This document shows, piece by piece, positions 1 to 9,727 of a DNA stretch of 64,000 nt. A program made the translations under genes and the position numbers. Below the pieces are notes generated by a model. The model did not search any database. It had not been told where the DNA came from and saw only the letters and a program-made list of their open reading frames with translations. Position 1 is the stretch's first letter. Every line of letters starts with the position of its first letter. The stretch is taken from contig JAHFMX010000002.1 in assembly GCA_023267635.1 (NCBI GenBank), positions 21,307 through 85,306 on the forward strand. The letters are read 5' to 3'. The DNA comes from a bacterium. GTDB lineage: Bacteria > Patescibacteriota > Minisyncoccia > Phycocordibacterales > UBA5272.

Positions 1-146
1 GCAGTTAATTCTCGCTTTCGAGTAAGAGGAATCAAGTCACGATTAACACGAAGTGTAGGGAAAGACCCAACTGTCATATGCAGATCAGACCCTCCCTCTT
101 TTACCAGCGACATAATAAGGTCTGCGAGCTCCGTTTCGTAGTTCAT
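1..146 (-). CDS. pilT: Type IV pilus retraction ATPase PilT, N-terminal fragment; the gene continues beyond the window start
   Basis: Minus-strand translation from the ATG at 144-146 gives MNYETELADLIMSLVKEGGSDLHMTVGSFPTLRVNRDL. This matches the PilT N-terminus (..GASDLHL..G.PP..R..G). Confidence 0.55.
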   Translation of the reverse strand, partial: MNYETELADLIMSLVKEGGSDLHMTVGSFPTLRVNRDLIPLTRKRELT

Positions 147-212
147 AGTTGAAGTATAGCAGTGTATGCAAAGCAAACAATTGTATAACTCACAGAAAGT
201 ATATTTCTATGA

Positions 213-1967
213 TTATAGTTCGTTAATTTCAGTAAATGGAATAAGCCCCTTGATTGATTTTATAATCGCATCCTCTTTCATTGTCATCATTCCATGAGAA
301 CGAGCAAGTTTCCAAATCTCTTCCTCACCCTTACTGTGGAGCACCGCCTCCTGAACATCATCTGTAAACGTTAACACCTCAAACACAGGGACACGGCCTT
401 TCATTCCTGTTGGATGTGTCGCGTCTGCTTTTGCTTGATGAAGTGGTTTATCAAGAGGTAGCAACTTTCTATATTCTTCTGGCATGTCTTTAAACTGTTC
501 CTGAATCATAGTTCTCATACTGTCCGTTTCTGGAATCTCTTCTGCACACCCTTCTGCAATTTGACGCGACAAACGCTGACCAATCGTTGCGATAATAGTC
601 GGAGCAATAAGATACGATTCAATACCCATGTCCATCAATCGTGTAACCACACCGATAGCTGTGTTGGTGTGAATGGTCGAAAATACCAAGTGACCAGTAA
701 GAGCAGCTTGAATCGCAAGACCTGCAGTTTCTGCATCTCGAATTTCTCCCACCATAATCACGTCAGGATCTTGACGCAAAATAGAACGAAGTCCTGAGGC
801 AAACGTGTACCCAATTTCTGGAAACACCTGAGATTGGTTCATCGAAGGAACGTTGTATTCGATTGGATCTTCGAGAGACACCACGTTTCTGTGTTCACGA
901 TCCAGTTCGTTCAACATGGCGTAGAGCGTTGTTGTTTTTCCAGATCCCGTTGGACCAGAAATAAGAATGATACCGTACGGACGCGCAAGAGCTTCTCGAA
1001 TTGCTGTCATCTGACGCTCATCGAATCCAAGTGTGTCCACAGGACGAACTCCTTTATAGCTATCAAGGATACGAATCACCACCTTCTCTCCATAGTAACC
1101 AGGGAATGTCGACACACGATAGTCGATATTGTGGTCTCCTAGTTTTGTACTAAAACGTCCATCCTGAGGCTTTCGTTTCTCATCAAGTTTCATCGTACAT
1201 AAAATCTTCACACGAGCAATAAGCATTGGATGCATTTTTACAGGAAGTGTTGTAATGGTTTCAAGTTGACCGTCTAATCTCACACGAGCTCGCACCGCAG
1301 TACCGATATGTTCAATGTGAATATCAGATGCTCCATTATCAATCGCATAGCGCAAGATAATACTAAACACTTCAGGAATAGTGAGCTTCGCAAGATCTTT
1401 ATCTAAAATTTGTGACACATCTGAGAGATCTATATCTTCTCCAAGATTTTCAACTTCTTTTTCTGGTTCATCTTTTGAAACATACGAAAGTTTCTCTTCA
1501 CTCACTTTGTCAGTAAGAGAAGCTTTTGGATCAGGAGTGTCCACAGTGAGTCCAAAATGTCTCTTATACGAATCGTACGGAATAAGATACACCTTGTACG
1601 CTTGATGATCTGTACCGAAAAGAAATTGAAGACTGTCCAGCACATTTCCATGTTCTGGATCAACAACTCCAACCAACAATACTCCCTCAACCATTTCTAG
1701 TGGTACTGCGAGAAATTGTTTTGATTGAACAACATTAATATAGCGAGTAAGTTCTTTATCTTCTCCAATTTCCTTTCCGTATATTGGAAGCCCATACAGC
1801 ACAGAGCGAACCTGCATAATATCCTCCCCTGTAATTTGTTTTGCTTTCAACAAGTCATCAACGAGAACATCGTCGCGCACCGAAATATCAGACTCAATAT
1901 CCTTTGCTTCGAGTTCTGTTAACTTATTTTGACTAACGAAGAGGTCGAGTAGAAGCATATGGTACAA
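213..1967 (-). CDS. pilB: Type IV pilus assembly ATPase PilB/GspE family
   Basis: 584 aa. Walker A GPTGSGKTTT, Asp and His boxes, and a GspE N-terminal domain are present. Confidence 0.85.
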   Translation of the reverse strand: MYHMLLLDLFVSQNKLTELEAKDIESDISVRDDVLVDDLLKAKQITGEDIMQVRSVLYGLPIYGKEIGEDKELTRYINVVQSKQFLAVPLEMVEGVLLVGVVDPEHGNVLDSLQFLFGTDHQAYKVYLIPYDSYKRHFGLTVDTPDPKASLTDKVSEEKLSYVSKDEPEKEVENLGEDIDLSDVSQILDKDLAKLTIPEVFSIILRYAIDNGASDIHIEHIGTAVRARVRLDGQLETITTLPVKMHPMLIARVKILCTMKLDEKRKPQDGRFSTKLGDHNIDYRVSTFPGYYGEKVVIRILDSYKGVRPVDTLGFDERQMTAIREALARPYGIILISGPTGSGKTTTLYAMLNELDREHRNVVSLEDPIEYNVPSMNQSQVFPEIGYTFASGLRSILRQDPDVIMVGEIRDAETAGLAIQAALTGHLVFSTIHTNTAIGVVTRLMDMGIESYLIAPTIIATIGQRLSRQIAEGCAEEIPETDSMRTMIQEQFKDMPEEYRKLLPLDKPLHQAKADATHPTGMKGRVPVFEVLTFTDDVQEAVLHSKGEEEIWKLARSHGMMTMKEDAIIKSIKGLIPFTEINEL

Positions 1968-2265
1968 ACGGGTCTACGCGACCACGTGTATCGTTAGTTG
2001 AAATGATTTCTGAAAAATCACGAAGCTGTCGCACAAGCGCAGAGTCCATGAAATTCGCATCAGTGAACGAAATACGATCCTGATTTACGACTTTAAGGAA
2101 AAGTACAAAATTCTGTCCAAGTAATTGTTCGTTAATTTTAGTTTCAGAAACAGAAGCTGAATCTTCACTGAAACTTGTATACAGGTAATATGCTCCAAAT
2201 AGGAAAAGAATGAGAATTGCTCCTTCTATGATAACTGTCTTTTTTTGTACGAAAAATGATTGCAT
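1933..2265 (-). CDS. Small membrane-anchored pilus-operon protein (PilP-like?)
   Basis: 110 aa with an N-terminal TM segment. It sits between the pilO-like gene and pilB and overlaps the pilB start. Confidence 0.3.
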   Translation of the reverse strand: MQSFFVQKKTVIIEGAILILFLFGAYYLYTSFSEDSASVSETKINEQLLGQNFVLFLKVVNQDRISFTDANFMDSALVRQLRDFSEIISTNDTRGRVDPFVPYASTRPLR

Positions 2266-2274
2266 ATACGTGAA

Positions 2275-2826
2275 TTATTTTATGAAGTAGGTCTCGAGTC
2301 TTACCTGGTATGCAGTAGGATCACCTTCGCGCTCAGGAGCTGCAAAGGTAACAGATTGTATAGAAAAAAGTCTTAGACTTTTTTCAAACGTATCCATAAG
2401 AACTTTAAATTTTGGGTATGTTGTTTTAACGGTAAAAGAAATACCTGCTGACCCGCGACCGTTAGCGGTTGATGGTCCCTCTGAGTACGCAAGTTCGTTA
2501 AATGGAATCCCAGCTAGTACAGAAATGTTATACACCTCACTAAGCAGTCTTACTTTATCAATACTGTCAGGCACCATCACCTTCATCTTTGCCTTTTGTT
2601 CATCGGTAACACGAGAATACTGTGAGCGAAGCGTCTCTGCTTGTGTAAAGAGATTGTCTGCTTGGTTAAGCGTCTCATTATACTGATTCTTTAGTTCTCG
2701 AAGCGACTGAACACTTTCTGCTGGCTGCCATACACCACCAACACCTTTATACACTGGACCAATCAACAAATAATACACTGCGAATGTTCCAACGATGAGC
2801 AATAAGTTTAGGAGATTTTTTGACAT
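2275..2826 (-). CDS. pilO: PilO-like pilus assembly protein
   Basis: 183 aa. N-terminal TM, then a coiled coil, then a periplasmic domain. It lies between the pilN-like gene and pilB. Confidence 0.45.
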   Translation of the reverse strand: MSKNLLNLLLIVGTFAVYYLLIGPVYKGVGGVWQPAESVQSLRELKNQYNETLNQADNLFTQAETLRSQYSRVTDEQKAKMKVMVPDSIDKVRLLSEVYNISVLAGIPFNELAYSEGPSTANGRGSAGISFTVKTTYPKFKVLMDTFEKSLRLFSIQSVTFAAPEREGDPTAYQVRLETYFIK

Positions 2827-2833
2827 AGTAGTG

Positions 2834-3631
2834 TTACCTTTTTGGTGGGGTAGTTGTTCCTGTTGAAGTTGCCTTTACTGAGGAAGTTGTTGTCCCTGTA
2901 GTAGGAAGAGTCGGCATAGTTGATGAACTTGTCCCCATAATTGGAGAGGTTGAAGCAACTCGTGCCGCTGCACCATCAGAAAGATTAATGCCCTCTGGAA
3001 GAAGTCCAGCAATCATAATAGGCATCTTAAGTGTAAAGCCAATATTCCCCGTCTCATTAGGCTGAAGTCCTTCAACGCCTATCTCCTGAATATAGGTTGT
3101 GTACGGCTTACGCTTAAGTGTGTCTACTTGTTGGGCGATACTCTTGTAGTTAGGAGCAATACCACCTAGCTGGAGAGCGTACCCTTTTGTTTGTGTATTG
3201 TATCGCAACTCAAAACGTTCATACGTTACCTGATTTTCAATACTATCTTCAACAATACGAAAGGCAACGTTTGCCGATGGGTGCTCTTTAACTAATTGAT
3301 TAATTATTTTAATTCTATTAGAAAGCTTACGCATGTCTTCAAGTGGAAGTGTTGCAAGGCGTGATTCATAGTCCGCAAGTAATGCTTTCTTCGCATCAAT
3401 TTGAGATGAGAGATAATACTGATACCCGAAAAGTCCGACAGCAATTAACACTGCAACACCAAACACTGCCATCAGAACAAGTTGAACGAGTGATTTACCA
3501 TGTTCCCCTTCTCGTGCCATAAGACTCGATACCGCAGTTCCACCAAAAGAAGCTACTGGAGTAGGTACAGGGAGCGGAGCGTCTCCACTTGGGGTAGTTT
3601 GTGATATCTCTGGTTTGAATGAAAACGGCAT
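2834..3631 (-). CDS. pilN: PilN-like pilus assembly protein with Thr/Ser-rich tail
   Basis: 265 aa. Single TM (VAVLIAVGLFGYQYYL), a coiled coil, and a Thr/Ser-rich C-terminus. It is directly downstream of pilM. Confidence 0.5.
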   Translation of the reverse strand: MPFSFKPEISQTTPSGDAPLPVPTPVASFGGTAVSSLMAREGEHGKSLVQLVLMAVFGVAVLIAVGLFGYQYYLSSQIDAKKALLADYESRLATLPLEDMRKLSNRIKIINQLVKEHPSANVAFRIVEDSIENQVTYERFELRYNTQTKGYALQLGGIAPNYKSIAQQVDTLKRKPYTTYIQEIGVEGLQPNETGNIGFTLKMPIMIAGLLPEGINLSDGAAARVASTSPIMGTSSSTMPTLPTTGTTTSSVKATSTGTTTPPKR

Positions 3632-3652
3632 ACGTAAAGTGTGTGGTGAATC

Positions 3653-4735
3653 TTAGGGAATTAATTTCTTAAGCGCGCATCCAACGGCAACAGAGTATGA
3701 TGGACCAATTCGTTCAATCATCTCATGAAGAAACGGTGGCACATCTACCTGTTCAAATGGTGTCGCGATTCTTCCTGGAATGTGTACCGTCTCATTATAT
3801 GATTCAATCACTCCAGGGAGACGAGCTCCACCACCTGATAAAATTATCCCTTCAATAGTTTGATTATACTTTCTTTCGTACATAAGAGATAGACGTGCGA
3901 CCTCTCCAAACAGTGGATAACTAGAAAGTTGCATCACATCTTTTACATACGGATTCGTTGCGTCTCCTTTATATCCAAATGTACGTTTTGTTTCTTCTGC
4001 GGTATCAATTGGAATTGAAAGTGCTTTTGATAACTGAATAGTTCCATCTTGTGAGCCGCGACTTATCACGTGCATGTCGAGTACCGTGTTGTTGTGAATC
4101 AAAGAAAGTGTTGTATATTGCGCACCAATATCTACATACAGAACCATTCCAGCACTTTTCGGAGACACACTTCGCATCATAGAGTACCCTTGAATCTCAT
4201 ACTCAACGTTAGTGAGAGAAAGTTTTTTAATAACACGATCATACGTAGTGAGTGTTTCATTTTTCACCGCAGCGAGTACAACGTTAATCATGCGTTCGTT
4301 CGCACCAATATTTACTGTTGTAGGAATATGCCACCAATCCATCTGTACTTCTGACAATGGTATCGGAATATATTTACGAGCTTCAAACGGCATCATACTG
4401 CGAAGCTCATTATCGTCAACCTTAGGAACTTTTACGAGTGACACAAAGGCAGCGGATGAATCGATAGACACAACTGCATCTCGCGCTGTAATTTTTGCCT
4501 CCTTCATAACATCCTGTATCGCTTCCACAAGTTTTTCTTCGCCGAGATGAACAGCTTGTCCAGCAACCATGCCACCATATGGACCAAGTGCTATCTCTCC
4601 ATAGGTGTCAAGAATTATTTTTTCTTTCTCACGACGAAGTTGCACAACCTTAACGGAAGCACTTCCAATATCAAGCCCAATTGCTTGACCAACGTCTTCT
4701 TTTTTAAAGATGTTGAACATATGTGTAGTATACAC
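3653..4735 (-). CDS. pilM: Type IV pilus assembly protein PilM (actin-like ATPase)
   Basis: 360 aa. N-terminal IGLDIGSASVKVVQL and an ILSGGGARLPG actin/FtsA-fold motif. Confidence 0.75.
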   Translation of the reverse strand: MYTTHMFNIFKKEDVGQAIGLDIGSASVKVVQLRREKEKIILDTYGEIALGPYGGMVAGQAVHLGEEKLVEAIQDVMKEAKITARDAVVSIDSSAAFVSLVKVPKVDDNELRSMMPFEARKYIPIPLSEVQMDWWHIPTTVNIGANERMINVVLAAVKNETLTTYDRVIKKLSLTNVEYEIQGYSMMRSVSPKSAGMVLYVDIGAQYTTLSLIHNNTVLDMHVISRGSQDGTIQLSKALSIPIDTAEETKRTFGYKGDATNPYVKDVMQLSSYPLFGEVARLSLMYERKYNQTIEGIILSGGGARLPGVIESYNETVHIPGRIATPFEQVDVPPFLHEMIERIGPSYSVAVGCALKKLIP

Positions 4736-4753
4736 TCTTGTATCGCAGAGATT

Positions 4754-5386
4754 ATGTATACACTTGAAGATATGTGGATGATTCCCTCATTTTTTCAAAT
4801 ACTTTTTCCCTCGCAGTGCTTTGGCTGCAGAAAAAACAACACACCTCTTTGCCCTCGTTGCATACGACTCACCAGAAAATCTCTTTCATCTCCCTATCCG
4901 TACATCACTTCTATCTTTGACTTCAAAGACCCACTCATTAAGCGAGTCATTCACGCCAGTAAGTACTACCACCGCAAAGACTTACTGCCTCCTCTTGTTT
5001 TTGAACTCGCACAAGAGATGAAAAGTGTTCCAGACCTACATCTCTATACGTTAGTTCCCATTCCAATGCCACGTATACGAAAACTACTTCGCGGGTACAA
5101 TCAATCAGAACTTATTGCGCAACAACTTTCTAAACTTCTATCTATCTCTGTTTCAACTTCAATACTTATACGTACTAAAACACCTCTTCGCCAAGCAGTG
5201 ACAAAAACAAGAAGCGAGCGAATAAAAAACCAACATGGGAGTTTTGGTGTTGATGGCGAAATACACAGTACACACATCATCTTGATTGACGATGTAACAA
5301 CAACAGGAGCAACACTCGAAGAAGCCAGAAACGTTCTTCTTACAAATGGTGTGCAATCTGTCATCGCTTACACACTCGCTCATTAA
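4754..5386 (+). CDS. comFC: ComF family competence protein (phosphoribosyltransferase fold)
   Basis: N-terminal CxxC..CxxC zinc finger (CFGCRKNNTPLCPRC) and C-terminal PRTase motif ILIDDVTTTGATL. The start was moved to the ATG at 4754 because upstream codons overlap pilM. Confidence 0.6.
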   Translation: MYTLEDMWMIPSFFQILFPSQCFGCRKNNTPLCPRCIRLTRKSLSSPYPYITSIFDFKDPLIKRVIHASKYYHRKDLLPPLVFELAQEMKSVPDLHLYTLVPIPMPRIRKLLRGYNQSELIAQQLSKLLSISVSTSILIRTKTPLRQAVTKTRSERIKNQHGSFGVDGEIHSTHIILIDDVTTTGATLEEARNVLLTNGVQSVIAYTLAH

Positions 5387-5387
5387 A

Positions 5388-5425
5388 AATAAAAACACCC
5401 ATTACGGGTGTTTTTATTTTATATC
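5388..5425. terminator. Bidirectional rho-independent terminator
   Basis: aaacaccc-attac-gggtgttt hairpin flanked by A and T runs. Confidence 0.5.
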
Positions 5426-5432
5426 CTCTTAT

Positions 5433-5873
5433 TTAGTTTTTCTGTCCTCCAAAAAGATTTCTGAAGAAATTCATCAACTTCTGATTTTCAAAACGAGGAG
5501 TTTCTACGGTTCCTGTTGCAGAACCTTCCACCCTCGCTTCTCTGCGCTCTTCCATATATTCCTTTCGTTCTTCTTTGATTTCCTTACGAACTTCCTTTAC
5601 GGTAGTTGTAGATCCATCTGGCCTTACAATCATCGGCTTCATATTTCCGACAATTGCTTTAATCTTAACTTCATACTCCGCTTGAATAGCTCTTATTTTT
5701 ACTTCCATCTCCTGACGAAGTGCTTTTACCTGTGCATCAATAGATGTATCTCCTGTTACTGTCACAGGACGTGCAGCTGTCGCTTGCGCACTTGCTGTTA
5801 CTGAAACATCTTGAGCACTCGCAAACGAGAGAGCTGAGAAAGCGATTATTGTTGTAGTGAATATTTTCTTCAT
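5433..5873 (-). CDS. Secreted coiled-coil protein, unknown function
   Basis: Signal peptide MKKIFTTTIIAFSALSFASAQ. The rest is heptad-rich and charged. Confidence 0.4.
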   Translation of the reverse strand: MKKIFTTTIIAFSALSFASAQDVSVTASAQATAARPVTVTGDTSIDAQVKALRQEMEVKIRAIQAEYEVKIKAIVGNMKPMIVRPDGSTTTVKEVRKEIKEERKEYMEERREARVEGSATGTVETPRFENQKLMNFFRNLFGGQKN

Positions 5874-6048
5874 ATACGTATAATTAATTTATAAGTGTCT
5901 TTCTTTAGTATACAACCATATATAGACAGAAAGAGATTTATACACACAGTGATATACATATAGATTGGATTTAGTAGTGCAAATAAGAATTTCACAAAAT
6001 ACAGAGCCACTTCCAGAAGAAAGTGACTCTGTACAATTTTCTTAGTTT

Positions 6049-8208
6049 TTACTCTACTTCTTTATCAGCAAATACCACTAATCGCTTGGAATAGCTTTTC
6101 TTAGATGGGTTCCAGACTCCATCACATGTAATGAGGTTAAGATGATTACCGTCATTAGATGTAAAAACCTCAGTGGCAACAGTATCTGGATCATACTGAC
6201 GGCTTTCCCGAACAACAAACGTGGTTATTACTCCTCTGTTATCTTCAACAAAAATTGAATCTCCTACGACTAGTTTATTCAAATCTTTAAACACTCCAGG
6301 CTTAATGACTTTTCCTCCACGAATCTGAGCAACGTGCCCAGAGATAACAGCATCACCGCGCTCACCAGGACGTTCACTCTCCTTAAACCACCCCACATCA
6401 GCAAGACCAGTAGGCCCCTCCATTTCTCCATCCAACTTACGTCCAGTATATTGAAACTTAGTATCGACTTTAATGGCTGGTATTTGTAGACGTACAGGGA
6501 ATCCGATATTTTTCGTATCCTTTTTTGTTTCTCCATGTACAACCATTCTGGTTGATTCTGTTGGGGTGCTTGACTGGCTATTGTTAACGGTTGAATCTCT
6601 CGTCTCAGGGGATTCATTCTTCTCTGTCGCCTGTAATGACGGAAGCATAGTTACATTAAACATATCTTCTGGTGCAGCATTAAAAATACTAACCACTCCC
6701 TGCCAAAGACTGCCAAACCAAGATATGATTCCCGTATTTGGTAATTTTGGAATTGTATCATTCTTCTTCGTATCATCATTCGTAATCGTACACGTTTTAT
6801 CATCACCCTTTTCTAAAACCACCTTACCATTTTCATCACAATCTCCGCCAAATGTTGCAGTGTACCCTCCAGAAAGGTCTTCGCTTACTTTGTATGTGCC
6901 TGAAGAAAGAGTGTACAAAGTTCCAGGCGCTTCAACCCCAACCGCAGGACTGCCTGCAACATCAGTCGTTTTAAAAAATGAAGAACTTTTAACGTGCATA
7001 GTAAAAAGATACGCTGTGGCAGTTCCTCCGTTGTCGTTTATGACATGTTTTATAATACGAAGTGTTGATGATGTAGCAGATGGCGTCGGAGTAGTTGTGG
7101 TCGAAGTATCATTGGGAGTGACAATTTTTCCAACGTCATCATTCGTAATCGTACACGTTTTATCATCACCCTTTTCTAAAACCACCTTACCATTTTCATC
7201 ACAATCTCCGCCAAATGTTGCAGTGTACCCTAGGAACACATCTTCACTCACAACATAGACAGCTGGTTTAAGAACATACGAAGTACCTGGGGCTTCGGCG
7301 CCAGCTGCTGGGCTTCCAACAACGTCCGCAATACCCATTCCAGTAGAACCTTTAACATGCAAAGTAAAGGAAGAGGCTGTGGTAGTGCCACCGTTGTCAT
7401 TAACAACATGCTTCACAACGTGAAGAGTTGAAGTCAAAGGAGGTGGAGGTACATCTGGCACAGAACACGTTGGTGCTGTTATAGTCACATATTTCATAAT
7501 GCCTGGATTTGTTTTAACTGCCCAATCATAAGCCAGAGCTCTACCAACCCACTTGGTACCGCCACCAACGGTAATATCAAAGTTTACAGGACCTATTGGT
7601 TGAATAACTGTTCCGATAAACTTCGTATCCGAACCGAGAGTAGTATAAGCAGAAGCTGGCGGTGCCAACTTTGGTGTCCAAAAAACATCGCAGGCAGATG
7701 CTCCGTTTTTAGCCGTAACAACCGATAGATTAGAGGTAGTTAGTGTCCCAGATGGGCGAAAGATAAAAGTTCCAACCCCATCAAGCTCAATCGTTTTACC
7801 ACCACCTATACTCATATTTCCGGGAGAGCAATATACTCCAGGTGTATAAACACCGAGGGCGCCGTGCGAAATATCAGTGGCGAGATCAACGGCACCACTG
7901 AACGTAAAGGTACACGCCTGACTATTGAGTGCAGAAAGTGCAATATGCTGATCAGTTCCCGCCTGTAAGTAGGTCGCGTTATTCATATGCGTCGCTCCAC
8001 TTATATACGCAGGCTGTCCTCCAAATACTGTATACCCAACATCTCCAAAAAGAGAAGTGCCATTAGAAATGTTTGCATTTGTAAATGTATACGAAAGAAC
8101 ACTGAATGGGTCTGCTGCGCCCAGAGATGGCGTAGTTGCTGCTTGCGCAAAATTTGCAAAACTGAATAGAGAAACCAAAAAAAATGCAACTACAAAAATA
8201 TGTTTCAT
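6049..8208 (-). CDS. Secreted fusion protein: DUF3494 (ice-binding-like) domain + 2 tandem ~121-aa repeats + LPNTG motif + TM + C-terminal sortase domain
   Basis: 719 aa. Signal peptide MKHIFVVAFFLVSLFSFANFAQA. The N-terminal domain resembles DUF3494 (YTPGVY). Two repeats begin with HVVKHVVNDNGG. LPNTG is followed by IISWFGSLWQGVVSIF. The C-terminus has sortase motifs (SGHVAQ, LNLITC) and is homologous to the sortase at 14329-14901. Confidence 0.6.
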   Translation of the reverse strand: MKHIFVVAFFLVSLFSFANFAQAATTPSLGAADPFSVLSYTFTNANISNGTSLFGDVGYTVFGGQPAYISGATHMNNATYLQAGTDQHIALSALNSQACTFTFSGAVDLATDISHGALGVYTPGVYCSPGNMSIGGGKTIELDGVGTFIFRPSGTLTTSNLSVVTAKNGASACDVFWTPKLAPPASAYTTLGSDTKFIGTVIQPIGPVNFDITVGGGTKWVGRALAYDWAVKTNPGIMKYVTITAPTCSVPDVPPPPLTSTLHVVKHVVNDNGGTTTASSFTLHVKGSTGMGIADVVGSPAAGAEAPGTSYVLKPAVYVVSEDVFLGYTATFGGDCDENGKVVLEKGDDKTCTITNDDVGKIVTPNDTSTTTTPTPSATSSTLRIIKHVINDNGGTATAYLFTMHVKSSSFFKTTDVAGSPAVGVEAPGTLYTLSSGTYKVSEDLSGGYTATFGGDCDENGKVVLEKGDDKTCTITNDDTKKNDTIPKLPNTGIISWFGSLWQGVVSIFNAAPEDMFNVTMLPSLQATEKNESPETRDSTVNNSQSSTPTESTRMVVHGETKKDTKNIGFPVRLQIPAIKVDTKFQYTGRKLDGEMEGPTGLADVGWFKESERPGERGDAVISGHVAQIRGGKVIKPGVFKDLNKLVVGDSIFVEDNRGVITTFVVRESRQYDPDTVATEVFTSNDGNHLNLITCDGVWNPSKKSYSKRLVVFADKEVE
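6773..7230. repeat. Intragenic tandem repeat: two identical 95 bp cores (6773-6867 and 7136-7230) spaced 363 bp apart
   Basis: Identical DNA runs tcatcattcgtaatcgtacacg...cagtgtaccc. They encode the repeated GGDCDENGKVVLEKGDDKTCTITNDD segment. Confidence 0.8.
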
Positions 8209-8288
8209 TACGGGTGATTAACTTAGTAAGTATCTCTATACAGTATAGCGCTGTTACTGTTCAAAATGAACCTTACCTGCCCGCACAG

Positions 8289-9029
8289 CTACGGCTTCAT
8301 CATCTCTCGTGGATATCCTATGCGTGGAGCAGTTTCTTGATTCTCGTCATACAATCTAATAGCAATGACGAAGAGGCCTGATTCTTGTTTCTGAAGAAAG
8401 AAGACCAACGAATCCCCCACTTCGTATACTGGTCTATCTTTTCTTGTTCTGTCAGAGATCATAAGCGTAACCTCATCTCCATTTGTAAGTGTAAGTTTAT
8501 ACACGTTTCCTTCTATTCCAAGAAGTGTTGCAGTGAGAATAAGTGGTGGTGCACGTTTTTTAAGCTGCATATGCATTGCTTCAATTCCTGGGAATCTCTG
8601 TGTTTGTCCAAAGCGTGCAATCTTTGATTCCTTATCAGCAATCAAAACGAGTGCGAAAAGAAACAGTGTAAAAAGTAATCCAAGCCCAAGCGTTGCGGCG
8701 ACTGGCTTCATATATGCAAATGCGAAATGACGCACCAGTACATGCAGAATAAGAAATACTGTCGTTACCAATATGATAAGTAGAAACGGTAGTGTGTAGA
8801 TAATTTCAAACACTGTCCGTGGCCCGAACGAAAGTGCTTCAAACAATAAATGCTCGCGAAGGAAGAACGCAACAAAACTTACCAAATACAAGAGCACTAG
8901 GAAAAGCGCAATCACGCCGAACACGATACCAAGCGTCATCAAGACAAAGTGCCACTTTGGTTTTTGTCGTATTGCCCCGCTTTCGATTTTCTTCAATATG
9001 AGATTGTGTATATTGTTAATGGTATTCAT
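8289..9029 (-). CDS. Putative membrane anti-sigma factor
   Basis: 246 aa multi-TM protein. Its start overlaps the ECF sigma gene stop by 14 nt, consistent with translational coupling. Confidence 0.35.
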   Translation of the reverse strand: MNTINNIHNLILKKIESGAIRQKPKWHFVLMTLGIVFGVIALFLVLLYLVSFVAFFLREHLLFEALSFGPRTVFEIIYTLPFLLIILVTTVFLILHVLVRHFAFAYMKPVAATLGLGLLFTLFLFALVLIADKESKIARFGQTQRFPGIEAMHMQLKKRAPPLILTATLLGIEGNVYKLTLTNGDEVTLMISDRTRKDRPVYEVGDSLVFFLQKQESGLFVIAIRLYDENQETAPRIGYPREMMKP

Positions 9030-9591
9030 GGATAGTTGTAGTTTCTAGTTTCACTAACTCGTACGCTTTTTTCTTCGCACGGTTAATACGCACACCAACT
9101 GACGATATAGGAATCTTGAGCACAAGAGAAATTTCTTTATATGAAAGCTCTTCAAAAAAATACAGCACAAGAATTTCTCTGTAGCTTTCAGGAAGCTTGA
9201 TAAGCACCTGTTCAATATCTTTTTTCAAAACTTCCAAATCAATCTTTTCTTCTGTCTTATCGTGATATGCAAAATATGGAACAAGAGCCTCAGGGTCAAA
9301 CCATGAGAACGGAGTAGACTTTTTCTTCTTCAAAGCGTTCAATGCTTCATTGTGAGCAATACGATACACCCACGAAGAAAATGTGTAGTTCTCATCAAAG
9401 CTTTGAATATTTATGTAGGCTTTGACAAGGACATCCTGAAGAACATCTGTAACAGCGTCATCGTCATGCAAAAATCGCCCTAGGTATCGTGTAAGCTTTG
9501 CCTCATAACGATTCATAAGCTCACCAAAGGCTTCGGTATCACCTTGTTGTACCTTTCGCACTATATCTATATCTGTGTAGGTGGCTGTCAC
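9016..9591 (-). CDS. ECF-type RNA polymerase sigma-70 factor
   Basis: Region 2 (VLQDVLVKAYINIQSF, FSSWVYRIAHNEALNALKK) and region 4 HTH (LSYKEISLVLKIPISSVGVRINRAKKK). Confidence 0.8.
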   Translation of the reverse strand: MTATYTDIDIVRKVQQGDTEAFGELMNRYEAKLTRYLGRFLHDDDAVTDVLQDVLVKAYINIQSFDENYTFSSWVYRIAHNEALNALKKKKSTPFSWFDPEALVPYFAYHDKTEEKIDLEVLKKDIEQVLIKLPESYREILVLYFFEELSYKEISLVLKIPISSVGVRINRAKKKAYELVKLETTTIHEYH

Positions 9592-9727
9592 TTCTTACAT
9601 ACTACAACAAAGAGACTTTTTTCTTACACTTTGAAATAAGATACTTTTGCACCTGTACTAGTGTATGTAAGGGACGCCTTACCAACGACACATTACTTAG
9701 CTTAATTACATTTGAACAACTACCAAT

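Noticed and set aside
6473-7258. 261-aa plus-strand ORF
   Set aside because: It lies entirely antisense to the 719-aa DUF3494-sortase fusion gene. Its length comes from mirroring the internal tandem repeat. There is no start context or motifs.
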